Positions 35,989 to 49,100 of a stretch of 64,000 nucleotides of DNA are shown here, in pieces; within the stretch, counting starts at the first letter, position 1, and each line of letters begins with the position of its first letter. Made by a program: the position numbers and the translations under genes. The notes under the pieces are model-generated. The model was not told the origin of the DNA, did not search any database, and saw only the letters and a program-made list of their open reading frames with translations. The DNA comes from Octopus sinensis (Eukaryota): positions 6,448,001-6,512,000 of the forward strand of contig NC_043011.1 in NCBI RefSeq assembly GCF_006345805.1, given 5' to 3'.

Positions 35989-36148
35989 GGTAAAATTGAT
36001 GAAGGGTACAGTGAACTTGTCATGGGAGAAAAGTTGAAAGAGAAATTTATTTTTCTCTCCTCAACTTTTACCTGAAGAAGAACTCTGACTCAACATTGGA
36101 TTTTCCATTCCTCACGGCAAGTTCACTGAATTCTTTATCAATTTTACC
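35989..36148. mobile_element. MITE-like nested palindrome
   Basis: Outer arms GGTAAAATTGAT.AAG...CAGTGAACTTG; inner arms AAAAGTTGA..GAGAAA. Confidence 0.6.
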
Positions 36149-36212
36149 TCGTAAGTCTTTCTCATGCAGACCAATGCCAGCTCTTCAGAGTCTGTTTAAC
36201 TACACGTGTGTG

Positions 36213-36262
<50 letters not shown>

Positions 36263-37011
36263 GTTTTTGAAGGATCACTCGTGGCAAGTAGCTTTGAGCT
36301 GTGATAACTGAATAAACTCTTCATAGTTTGAATATTCTTTCTTCTGTCTGCACATCCAAATGTGTGTGACTATGTGTATATTGTGTGTATGCGCGCACAC
36401 ACACATACACACACAGAGCTTCATATAGGAACAGCATAAACTAATAGCAAAACAGATTTTCCAAAATAGGCGTCTCATATGCCTGTGTTTCAGTATTAAC
36501 TGTCTGGACAAATATATAATTACTTCAGGCAGAATTGGGTAAGATATTGAGACACTTTTGCTTTTCCCAGCATTATTACTTCTTCTACATAAAGCAAAGA
36601 AGCTTCCTTTGGGATTTGAAAGCTGACTTCTAGAATGGTCCGGCTAATGCTTACCTGCTAATCTTTGTCGATTGTTGTGTGTTCACCAATTTTAGGGGTT
36701 TCTCTTCCTCCTTTGTGCTTTCCAACCTCCAGAGCCAAGATGAGGTTTTGTAGACTCCTGGGCTACAAATAGCATGAGGGGGGGGGGGGCTAACACTTTT
36801 ATTTTCAATAACTCACTCTTTAGAGGTCCTTCAATCCACCCTCAGTTGGTAGAAGTCCCATCAGCTAACAGACACTCTTAACTGGTGGAGACTCCTCATG
36901 GCTGGCAGAGGTGCCATCCAAGCTGACAGAGACATCCATCTAATTGGCATAGGACCTCACCCCTGGTGAAGGTACCTCATTCTCATGCCCTAATCTGGAC
37001 TTTTCCATCTT

Positions 37012-37057
<46 letters not shown>

Positions 37058-37897
37058 CCTCTTATCTACCCCCATTCCACCTCCAACAACTTCTCTGTGT
37101 GTGTGTGTGTCTCTCTCTCTCTCTTCATCAGAGAAGTTTGATTAATTACACAATTAACTACTCTGATCTGTTGACCCCAAAGGTCATCTTTACCCCCTCC
37201 CCCTTTCTGAAAAATATTGTAAATAATCTGAAATTTTTTGTACGTGGAGGCACGGGGAGTGATGATTTTTTCCCTCAATTTAAAAAGGTAACAAAGAATT
37301 TTTTATCTTTATTTATATTTTTTCAAGTCTTTTTGTTTTTTTTTTAAATTCAAAATTTTCTTAATTTCCTTTTTCTTTGTTTTTATTATTATTTTTCTTG
37401 TTGACCTAAAATTTACCAAATGTGATATTTCTTATTGAAAATACTGATATTATTATTATTAGTAATAATAATAATAACAATAACAATAATAATAATAATG
37501 ATAATCTTTGCAATGAATAAAACATTAAATTTTTCAATTTAAAAGTTTTTTTTTTTTATTTTTACTTCATTTTCTTTCTTTTCCTTTCTTTTATGAGTGA
37601 ATATTTTTGTTTAGTTTTTATTTTTAACTCTGCTTTTTTCAAGAGAAAATTTGTTTATTCTTTCTGCTGCCCAACATTTTTTGAAAGCACTTTTACCGTT
37701 TCTATATAGGTTGTGCTCCCAGCATGGCCTCAACTGCAATGGCTGAAATAAGCCAAAGAACTGTCGTACATCCATTGCGACAGGTTCTGAATTTATTTGT
37801 GTATAAATGTTCTTTAAATTCATTATTGCCCGATGAATTGAAAAAGGGAGCTTTGGAACATATCAATGAAGTTTCAGTTACGATTACAAATAGCAGC

Positions 37898-37929
37898 TGA
37901 ATATATATATATATGTATGTATATGTATG

Positions 37930-37979
<50 letters not shown>

Positions 37980-38073
37980 CATGTATATATATGTATGCAT
38001 GTATATATATGTATGCATGTATATATATGTATGCATGTATATATATGTATGCATGTATATATATGTATGCATG

Positions 38074-38104
<31 letters not shown>

Positions 38105-38277
38105 GTATATGTATGTATGTATATATATGTATGTATATGTATATATATATGTATATGTATATATATATGTATATGTGTATATATGTGTATATATGTGTAT
38201 ATATGTGTATATATGTATATATATGTGTATATATGTATATATATGTGTATATATATATGTGTGTGTGTATATAGATA

Positions 38278-38309
<32 letters not shown>

Positions 38310-38322
38310 CATACACACATAT

Positions 38323-38352
<30 letters not shown>
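37898..38352. repeat. (TA)n/(TATG)n tract with 6 copies of an 18-bp unit ATGTATGCATGTATATAT
   Basis: Direct inspection. Confidence 0.95.
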
Positions 38353-38353
<1 letters not shown>

Positions 38354-38761
38354 AAACTTTACACTGCACTTTTGTTTATGTTTGGATGCAATAACATGCA
38401 TTTATAATGGTGCATTTTATATATGTATATATATATATGTGTGTGTGTGTGTTGTTTTATTTTACAGATTGAATGTTTTAGTAAAGAAACTCTGTCTTTG
38501 CTAATTCATAACTAGCTCTTCATAATAGTCTTACCTTTTTTTTCTTCTTTTTCCTACCTTCTAAACCCTTGATACCTCACATTCTTCTCTTTAACAAAGA
38601 GAACTGTCTTGAATTCCTCATTGAAGCCTCATGGTCTGTGAGTTTTAAAACCTTGTTGCATCCACGGCTCTGTTGTGTTTCACTTGGCAGAAACTCTCTC
38701 CACCATCTTTCTCATCACCAAATAAGATTTTGGATTACCAACTTGACAGGTTTTGGTTTAA

Positions 38762-38851
38762 TCCTTTAGCATTCAGATTATTCTCACCAGCTTTAAACAT
38801 AAAACAGGTAAAATATTTGGGTTGGATTTGGCTGCTCTCAATGCTAAAGGC
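38762..38851. mobile_element. Internally deleted piggyBac-type MITE, family P1
   Basis: TTAA-TCCTTTAGCATT ... AATGCTAAAGGC-TTAA. Confidence 0.75.
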
Positions 38852-40111
38852 TTAAAATCATCAAAAGTTTTGTCTGATATGCAAGACAATTATTCCAGTT
38901 TAGAGAAATCTACTTGTGAGGAACTGGTATCCTATCCCAGAAAAATTGGTCTCATTCAATAGACACCAGTCATGAAAGTGTTAAGGTTAACTTAATGCAG
39001 GTTTGGACCTGTCGAGTATTTCCCATTTGGCATGTTCCACTTTGCATGGCCAAATGTTTACGGTCTTGGACGACTGGTTCATATTTTCAATGCCTATTTT
39101 GACATCAGGGTTATCCTTAGGAATAAGGCTCTAGTTGATCTAGGCCTTCTTGTGTACCTCTTCATTATGTTTGGCAGGGATGGAGTTCCCCAGCTGAAAA
39201 ATGTACTGGAAATAGCCGAATGCAACAGAACAGACAGTAAACTTCTTACATTTGTTTTCTGTGTTTGTATCGGTTGGAAGGTTCAACAGGATCCAGGGAA
39301 CTGCAGGGCTGTGCTGAAGAATCCCGTTGTCTTCTTTGGCTGGATGCCTTCCTAATTAATGCTAGCTTCTTCACAAAGTGTTACTGGATGCTTCTTACAA
39401 GGCACCGGCACTAACTTGCTGCAAGACAGGAAATCCTGCTGTTGTAAACTTGACCTTTCATCTTTCTATGGTCAATAAACTAAAATACCAATCAGACACA
39501 GGGCTTAACATAATCGAATTTTCACCACCACCACCACCCCACAAATCTCTGGCCTTGTATCTATATAAGAAATTCCATCTAATTTGATGTTAGATCTTAA
39601 ATGAGATTGAGGATCTTGGCTCTTTCTAACGGGTAGCTTAAATTCCGGATACAATTTCTGAGAGAAAAAAACCCACATAATATTCTTAGTTCTTGAAAGA
39701 ATTTCTCTGATAAATATTACTGCAAACCCTTGTTTTGCACCAATAAGCAAGCAGGAACTGTAAAAGACTCTCCACATATTTCCTAGAAACCTGAGTGTTT
39801 AGTTGGTTATGATTACTTCAAACTTCCTGTGTTTTCACAAACCACACGTAACCTACAGATTTTCCTTTATGTACTCCTCGGTGCACATGTACCCTGGTTT
39901 GATAACCCACTGACTTAAGACCACAAAAACAGGAGCTCAGCAGCACAAACAAGTGCCCCAGCAGTTGTTTTGGGGTTTTGATAATGTTTATATTTCTCTC
40001 CAAGGTTGCAAGTCGGTTGTAAGGGGCTGATTTATGTTTAGAACAACACAAACAACATCCTTTGAGTTTGTTTTATAGAAGTGAGGGTGTGTGTGTGTGT
40101 GTGGAGGAGAA

Positions 40112-40332
40112 GAGCTGGCAGAAACGTTAGCACGCCGGGCGAAATGCGTAGCCGTATTTCATCTGCCGTTACGTTCTGAGTTCAAATTCCGCTGAGGTCG
40201 ACTTTGCCTTTCATCCTTTTGGGGTCGATAAATTAAGTACCAGTTACGCACTGGAGTCGATGTAATCGACTTAATCCGTTTGTCCTTATTTGTCCCTTCT
40301 GTGTTTAGCCCCTTGTGGGTAGTAAAAGAAAT
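40112..40332 (+). mobile_element. SINE family B
   Basis: Near-consensus copy. Confidence 0.85.
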
Positions 40333-40916
40333 AAGTCCCCAGTTTGAGTTCAGTCCCTGTGTATGCTCTTTTGTAAAGTTAGATTTTATTTTTAGCTTTT
40401 TTCTTTTTTTACAAAATTCAATTTTTGTTTTAAGTCTGTGCTCTGTCCCCTAACTCAGACCCTGGTTTCTTCACATTACTATGTAAAGGGCACAGGGCTG
40501 CTTTTCCAGTTTGCCCGGCATATTTCTGCCTGGATGGGACGCCAGTCTTTCGCAGGATTGCTCCCTTTTATCAGCAGAGTGGACTGGAGCAACATGAAAT
40601 GAAGGGTTTTGCTCAAGAACACAACACATCGCCCGGTCCAGGAATTGAAACCACAATCTTACGATGGTGAGTCCAACACTGTAACCAGTGAGTCATGCAC
40701 CTCCACTACTCAGACCCCCATTCCTGCAAAATTGATGTCCATGTGTACCCTGAGGTTTCAATGAGGAGGTTGTGGGTCCAATCTGTGTTCCCGTATTTAA
40801 ATGCAGAAGATTGGAAAGACTAAAGGGAAACAAATAACAAAGAAAAGAAAAAAATTGTGAATAAAACCTGTTTATTTGAACTTTGCAACGTGAAGGAAAA
40901 AAAAAACTCTTTATTT

Positions 40917-40961
<45 letters not shown>

Positions 40962-41189
40962 AATACATACATTGCTAGACACATCTTTGCATTCACATGC
41001 AATGACACGCATTCGATGCTTGCAACCATATACACAATGCATGTGATAACATGCATGCAATGCACACACGATTGCGAAAGAAAGGTGTGCAGCTGTGCAG
41101 GTGACAATACAGTCGTACACATGTATATCACCACTTGTATGACCATTGATGCAGGCAGTCATACACACAGGCTCATGCATATATACACT

Positions 41190-41741
41190 CTTATACATGC
41201 ATACATATATGTATATATGTATATATATGTATATGTATATATGTATATATATATGTATATGTATATATGTATGTATATATATATATATGTATATGTGTAT
41301 ATATGTATATATATGTGTGTATATGTATATGTGTATATATATATATGTGTGTATATGTATATGTGTGTATATGTATATGTGTATATATATATATATGTGT
41401 GTATATGTATATGTGTATATATATATATGTGTGTATATGTATATGTGTATATATATATATGTGTGTATATGTATATGTGTGTATATTTATGTGTATATGT
41501 ATGTGTATATATATATGTGTATATGTATATGTGTGTATATGTATATATATATGTATGTATATATGTGTGTATATGTATATATATATATGTATATGTGTGT
41601 GTATATGTATATATATATATGTATGTATATGTATAAATGTATGTATATGTATATATGTGTATATGTATATATGTGTATATGTATATATGTGTATATGTAT
41701 ATATGTGTATGTGTATATATATGTATGTATATATATATATG

Positions 41742-41786
<45 letters not shown>

Positions 41787-41960
41787 GTAATATATATATG
41801 TATGTATATATATATGTAATATATGTATGTATATATATATATGTATGTATATATATATATGTATGTATATATATATATGTATGTATATATATATATATAT
41901 GTATGTATATATATATGTATATATGTGTATATATGTATATATGTGTACATATATATATAC
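41190..41960. repeat. (TA)n/(TATG)n/(TG)n compound microsatellite
   Basis: Direct inspection. Confidence 0.95.
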
Positions 41961-42361
41961 ACAAACATATTAAAATCACAGCTGCACACACACAAACGCA
42001 CACATACTTTCTCTCTCACACACTCTCAGTAAAACCCCAAAACAAACCACAAGGTTCACTCGGTGACTGGAATCTTTTTCCTTTTTGTCCAAGAAGCTGT
42101 GAGAAGATGCGTTGTGGTGTTCACGCAGTGTCATAATAGATGTTAACTGTTGTAGAGGATGGCGGGGAAATGTTCTTGTTGTTGTTACCAAAATGTGCCA
42201 AATTCTCTCTCACTTGCTGGAATGTTAGCAGCAGCAGCAGCAGGATAGCCAAAAAATATGGCAAAAATATGAAAAAGAAAAAAACTTTTAGTTTTACTAT
42301 TTGTTTGTTGCCGGATCCAGTTTCACTTAATCTGAATGATTGTTATTGCTTTTATTTTATA

Positions 42362-42410
<49 letters not shown>

Positions 42411-42465
42411 CCATGCTAGCATGGAAAGTGGACGTTAAACGATGATGATGATATACACACAAGTA

Positions 42466-42516
<51 letters not shown>

Positions 42517-43650
42517 TTATATTGTGTGTATGTTTGAGTGTGTATATATAATATACACAGTATATGTGTGGGTGCATGTATATATATATATGTATACACA
42601 GTGTATGTGTGTGTATATATATATACATACATATGTATATGATAAATAGAGAGAGAGGGAGAGAAAGAAAATGAGAGGGAACTGAAAAAGGGGTGGGGAT
42701 GGGTAGATGAAAAACCAATTTCTGTGAAAGTTCTGCAGTTGTTATTGTTATAAACTTTGAAAAAAAAATTCTATGAAAACAAATAAAAAAAAATGTTAAA
42801 AAATGGTTTAAAGAAAAAAGAAGAAAAACAAATTTGTATATGAAAAGGAAAATGGAAAATTTTGAAAGCGCTGTGCACTTGTTTTTTGTTTTAAGCCCTG
42901 CTGTGTAGGTTGGATCATGTACGCTGTATCTACGACAGTGTGTATATAATTGTGTGTCTAATTAAATGTGTGTGCGTGTCTGTATTTCTGTATCTCTGCG
43001 TGTGTGTGTGGTATAGGATGATGAGGGGGGGGGGGTTGCAGTGGGATTTTATAGACAAGCTGAGAGAAGAAGGATTGGTTATGTAGCTATTAGACAGTAG
43101 TTAGCACTAAGGGCAGCCATGAAATAGGGTCCCTTGGAAGTTGTCTGCTGGCTTCTGATATCTGGGTTGGTGTGTTTGATAAGGGAAGCGAAAACGCCTT
43201 CAGGGGAGCTGGGATGAAAGGGGTTTGTAGGCTTTAGTAACATAAATCTGGACTTGTCTAACACGATGGGGATGAAAGGAAGAATAGGGATACAGAAAAC
43301 TGGTTTTTGTGGTTTTTATTAATGAGGAGGGGTGGGGGAGGGCCGAGGTTTTGCAGTATTTTAGTGGTAGTGGTGGCCAATGTTTGTCAGTTAGAAAAGC
43401 ACTGATTTAGGTGGTGGGGGCCATGTTTGGAAAGCACTGGCAACCCTAATTGAAGTGAGTCGGAAAAAAGTTCTGGGAGCCATTGATTGGGTGCAGGCAT
43501 GGCCGAGTGGTTAAGAAACTTGCTTTCTAGCCATGCAGCTTTGGGTTCAATCTCACTGCATGCCACCTTGGGCAAATGTCTTTTACTATTGCCCTGAACT
43601 GACCAATGCCTTGTGAGTGGATTTGGTAGATGGAAATTGTGAGGAAGCCT

Positions 43651-43683
<33 letters not shown>

Positions 43684-43778
43684 TGATTGATTGATTGATT
43701 CTAGTTTCAGCTCATGAGCTGTGGCCATGCTGGGGCACCGCCATTATGTGTAGAGAGTTTTTGAAGTGACGTGCAGAT

Positions 43779-44127
43779 GTGCAGGAGTGGCTGTGTGGTA
43801 AGTAGCTTGCTAACCAACCACATGGTTGCGGGTTCAGTCCCACTGCGTGGCATCTTGGGCAAGTGTCTTCTGCTATAGCCCCGGGCCGACCAATGCCTTG
43901 TGAGTGGATTTGGTAGACGGAAACTGAAAGAAGCCTGTCGTATATGTATATATATATGTGTTTGTGTGTCTGTGTTTGTCACCCTAGCATTGCTTGACAA
44001 CCGATGCTGGTGTGTTTACGTCCCCGTCACTTAGCGGTTCGGCAAAAGAGACTGATAGAATAAGTACTGGGCTTACAAAGAATAAGTCCCGGGGTCGATT
44101 TGCTCGACTAAAGGCGGTGCTCCAGCA
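43779..44127 (+). mobile_element. SINE family A, 3'-truncated
   Basis: Near-consensus copy that stops at CTCCAGCA. Confidence 0.85.
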
Positions 44128-44148
44128 AGAATATTGTATATCAAGAAT

Positions 44149-44499
44149 AACAAAGTAGTCAGAATGTTGGATGATGATATTTCTATTTACATTTTTAGTG
44201 CTTTCTTCCCCTTTAAAGGAGGCTTTTGTATTAATGTGGTCAGTCTTGTTTGATTAGAATTCAATATGTTGTTTTTTTCCCCACTTTGTGACCTTTTGGG
44301 TGGGGAAGAAATAGTGGTCAGTTGAGAATAAAAAAATCCTTTTCTTCTGCACCCCAAGAGTTACTAAGTGGGGTGGAGGGAAGCAACATATTGGAGTCTT
44401 ATCAAACAAGTTTGACCACACGGATACAAAAGCCCCCATTAAGGAAGAAATGTAAATAAAAAATATATATAATCATCCAACATTCTGACTACTTTTGTT
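44149..44499. mobile_element. MITE-like element with at least 27-bp inverted repeats
   Basis: AACAAAGTAGTCAGAATGTTGGATGAT (44149-44175) versus ATCATCCAACATTCTGACTACTTTTGTT (44472-44499). Confidence 0.65.
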
Positions 44500-44513
44500 C
44501 TCAAAATAAATAC

Positions 44514-44514
<1 letters not shown>

Positions 44515-44558
<44 letters not shown>

Positions 44559-44650
44559 TATTATAATATGTATGTATGTATGTATGTATGTATATGTATG
44601 TATGTATATGTATGTATGTATGTATATATATGTATGTATGTATATATATG

Positions 44651-44682
<32 letters not shown>

Positions 44683-44684
44683 TG

Positions 44685-44723
<39 letters not shown>

Positions 44724-44859
44724 GTATATATATGTATGTATGTATGTATATATATATGTATGTATATATATATGTATGTATGTATATATATGTATGTATG
44801 TAATGTATGTATGTATGTATGTATATATATGTATGTATGTATATATATGTATGTATATG

Positions 44860-44891
<32 letters not shown>

Positions 44892-44935
44892 TATATGTAT
44901 GTATGTATCTATATATATATATATATGTATGTATG

Positions 44936-44966
<31 letters not shown>

Positions 44967-44980
44967 ATATATATATATAT
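44515..44980. repeat. (TATG)n/(TA)n microsatellite
   Basis: Direct inspection. Confidence 0.95.
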
Positions 44981-45388
44981 CCTGGAGGGTCTTGTCCCAA
45001 ACTTTGGCATTCAAGTTACTCCAACCGCAGAACGGGGCGCCGCGTCGGTGTGCCAAGGATTCCAACATCACCATCAAAATACAGGTCAGATACTGCAACA
45101 GCTTGGGTTTCAGAGGACCACAGCTCTTTAACATCCTCCCTAAATGCTGAGAGACTTACATGGTGTGGAGGTGGGGTTTCTTTAAAACTAAACTGGATCT
45201 CTTCTTGTTGGGAGTCCCAGATGAACCTACCTCACGACAGGAGACACGGATGCGGGCAGCAGCATCGAACTCCCTTGTTGATCAAGTGCCACGTATCAGA
45301 GGTGGATTCACAAATAGTGTAGCTCATTCAACGGTGGTTGCCCCAGCATGGCGCGGCCTTGGGCTAAAACATTTTAAGGATTTAAGGA
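44979..45388 (+). mobile_element. CR1/L2-superfamily LINE 3' end (third lineage) with (TTTAAGGA)2 tail
   Basis: Frame-shifted [10 protein letters not shown]...[18 protein letters not shown]...[17 protein letters not shown]...AASNSLVDQ. Confidence 0.85.
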
Positions 45389-45963
45389 TATATGTATATA
45401 GTATATATATGTATGTATATATATATATATATATATATATAGATCTATATTATAGATATGTATATTATATATCTGTATGTATGTATGTATATCTGGATGT
45501 ATTATATATATATATATATGTATGTATAATATATGTATGTATATATATATATATGTATGTATATATATATATGTATGTATATATATATATATGTATGTAT
45601 ATATATATATATGTATGTATATATATATATATGTATGTATTATATATATATATGTATGTATGTATTATATATGTATGTATTTATATATATTATTATATAT
45701 GTATATATATATGTATGATATTATATATATGTATGTATATATATATATGTATGTATATATATATATAATAGTATGTATTATATATATATATGTAGTATAT
45801 ATATAATATATGTATGTATATATTATATATATATATATGTTGATATATATTATTATGTATGTATATATATATATATATATATGTATGTATATATATATAT
45901 ATATATATAGGTTGTATATATATATATATATGTATGTATATATTATATATATATATATGTATG

Positions 45964-45994
<31 letters not shown>

Positions 45995-46167
45995 TATATT
46001 ATATATGTATGGATATATATATATATGTATATATATATATATGGATGTATGTATATATATAATGTATGTATGTATATATATATATGTATGTATGTATATA
46101 TATATATGTATGTATGGATATATATTATATGAGTATGTATATATAGATGTATATATATATATGTATG

Positions 46168-46198
<31 letters not shown>

Positions 46199-49100
46199 TG
46201 TATGTATGTTATATATATATAGGTATTGTATATATATATATGTATGTATATATATATATATGTATGTATATATATATATATGTGTTATATCTATTTTATA
46301 TATGTATGTATTGTATATATAGATATATATGTAGTATATATATATATGTTGGATATATAGAGATATATATTATATGTAAATATATATATAGGTATGTATA
46401 TATATATATATGTATGTATATATATATATGTATGTATATATATATATGTATGTATCTATATATATATGTATTGTATATTATATATGTTTATTTTATATAT
46501 ATGTATGTAGTATATATATATATATGTATGTATATAGTATTTATATATAATATGTATATATATATATGATGTATATATATTATATGTATGTATAATATAT
46601 ATATTGTATGTAGATATATATATGTAGGTGATGTATAATATATATGTATGTATATATATTATCTATATGTATGTATTATCGATATATGGTTGTATAGATT
46701 ATATATATATGTATATATATATATGTATTATATATATATATGTAGTATATTAGTATATGTATGTATATATTAGATATGTATGTAATATATATATGTATGT
46801 AGTATATATTATGTATGTGTATATATATTATATATAGAGTATTATATGATGTATGTATATATCTGTATGTATATATATGTATGTATGATATATATATGTA
46901 TTGTATTGTATTAAATGTATGTATGTATATATGTATGTATTGATTATATGTATGTTATGTATGTATATATATATCTATAAGAATGTATGTTATATATAAT
47001 ATTGTATTGTTGTATGTATATATTGTCGTATGTATAGAGTATGTGATGTATGTATATATATGTATGTATGTATATATATATGTATGTATGTATTTATATA
47101 TATATATTATATATGTATGTATGTATATATATGTATGTATGTATGTATGTATCTATATGTATGTATATATATTTATATGTATGTAGGTTGTATGTATATA
47201 TATATATGTGTTGTATGTATATATTATATATGTAGTATGTATATATATTATATATATAGATGTATGTATGTATGTATATATATATATATGTATGTATGTA
47301 TGTATGTATATATATATGTATGTATGTATGTATGTTATATATATATATGTATGTATGTATGTAATATATATATATGTATGTATGTATGTTTATATATATA
47401 TATAGATGTATGTATGTATATTATATATATGTAGTGTATGTATGTATATTTATATATGTAGTATGTATGTAATATATATAATATGTATGTATGTATGATA
47501 TATATATATATATGGCATGTATGTATGTATTATATATATATGTATGTATGTATGTATATATACGTTTAAATATTTGTTGTGCAAGATTTTTTATGTGAGG
47601 GTCGTGTTTGAAACAGATATTGTTATATTTCGGAATGGTCATATGCCAGTTTAGCCAATAAAACTCTGGCCGAAATAAGATAAGATTAATGTGAAAAAAT
47701 AAATATCACTGAAGCAAAATAACACCAATATATAGTGCGGTGTTTTTATTGGCTAAACTGGCAATATGACCATTCCGAAATATAACAATATATGCATATA
47801 TATATATATGTATGGAGTTATATATATATGTATGTATGTCTATATAGTATGTATGTATATATATATATGTATGTATGTATATATATATATGTAGGTAGTA
47901 TATATATATATATGTATGTATATATACTAATATGTATGTATATATATATATGATGTATAGATATATATATATATATGTATGTATATATATATGTAGTATA
48001 TTATATGTATGTATGTATATATATATGTAATGTATTATATATATATGTATGTATGTAGATATTAGTATGTATATATATATGTATGTATGTATATATATAT
48101 GTATGTATATATATATATAGTATGTAGTGTATGTTATTATATATACGTAGTGTCTATATATATATATATGTATGTATATATATATATATGTATGTGTATA
48201 TATATTATATATGTATGTAGTATTATTATATTGTATGTATGTTGTGTATATATATAGTTATGTATGTATATATATATATATGTATGTATGTGTATATATA
48301 TATGTATGTATGTATATATATATATATGTATGTAGATGTGTATGTATCTATATATATATATATTATATATGTATGTATGTATTGTATTATATATATCTAT
48401 ATATATATATATGTATGTATGTAGGTGTATGTATGTATGTTAGTATGTAGTGTATATAATATATATTATATATGTATGTATGTATGTGTATGTATGTATA
48501 TGTATGTATGTATGTGTAATATATATATATATATTATTATGATGTTGTAGTATGTGTATGTATGTATGTGTATGTATGTATGTATATGATGTATGTGTAA
48601 TATATGTATGTATATGTATGTATGTGTATATATATAGATATAATATGTATGTATGTATGTAGTGTGGTATGTATGTATATGTATGTATGTATATGTATGT
48701 ATGTATGTATATGTATGTATTATATGTATGTTATATATATATGTATGTATATATATATATATATGGATGTATGTATGTGTATATATATATATATATATAT
48801 ATGAGTATGTATGTATGTATATAGTATATTATGATGTATGTAATATATGTATGTATGTATGTATAATATGTATGTATGTATGTATAGATATATATATGTA
48901 TATATGATGTATGTATGTATATAATGTATGTATGTATGTAATATATGTATGTGTTATGTATATATATGTATGTATGTTATGTATATATATGTATGTATGT
49001 ATGTATATATGTATATATGGTATGTATGTATGTAATATATATGTATGTATGGATGTATATTATATATGTATTATATATGTTGTATGTATGTATATGTTTG

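Noticed and set aside
36065-36190. Minus-strand exon-like frame AGIGLHEKDLRGKIDKEFSELAVRNGKSNVESEFFF with a donor-like site
   Set aside because: Weak acceptor, and most of the segment is one arm of the 35989-36148 palindrome.
38480-39355. Complex-looking sequence with partial ORFs and a minus-strand AAG/GTAAGA donor-like site
   Set aside because: All frames are broken by stops even after removing the MITE; no recognisable motif; probably an old unclassified repeat.
43079-43264. Minus-strand 61-aa ORF behind a pyrimidine tract
   Set aside because: No recognisable homology and no partner exon.
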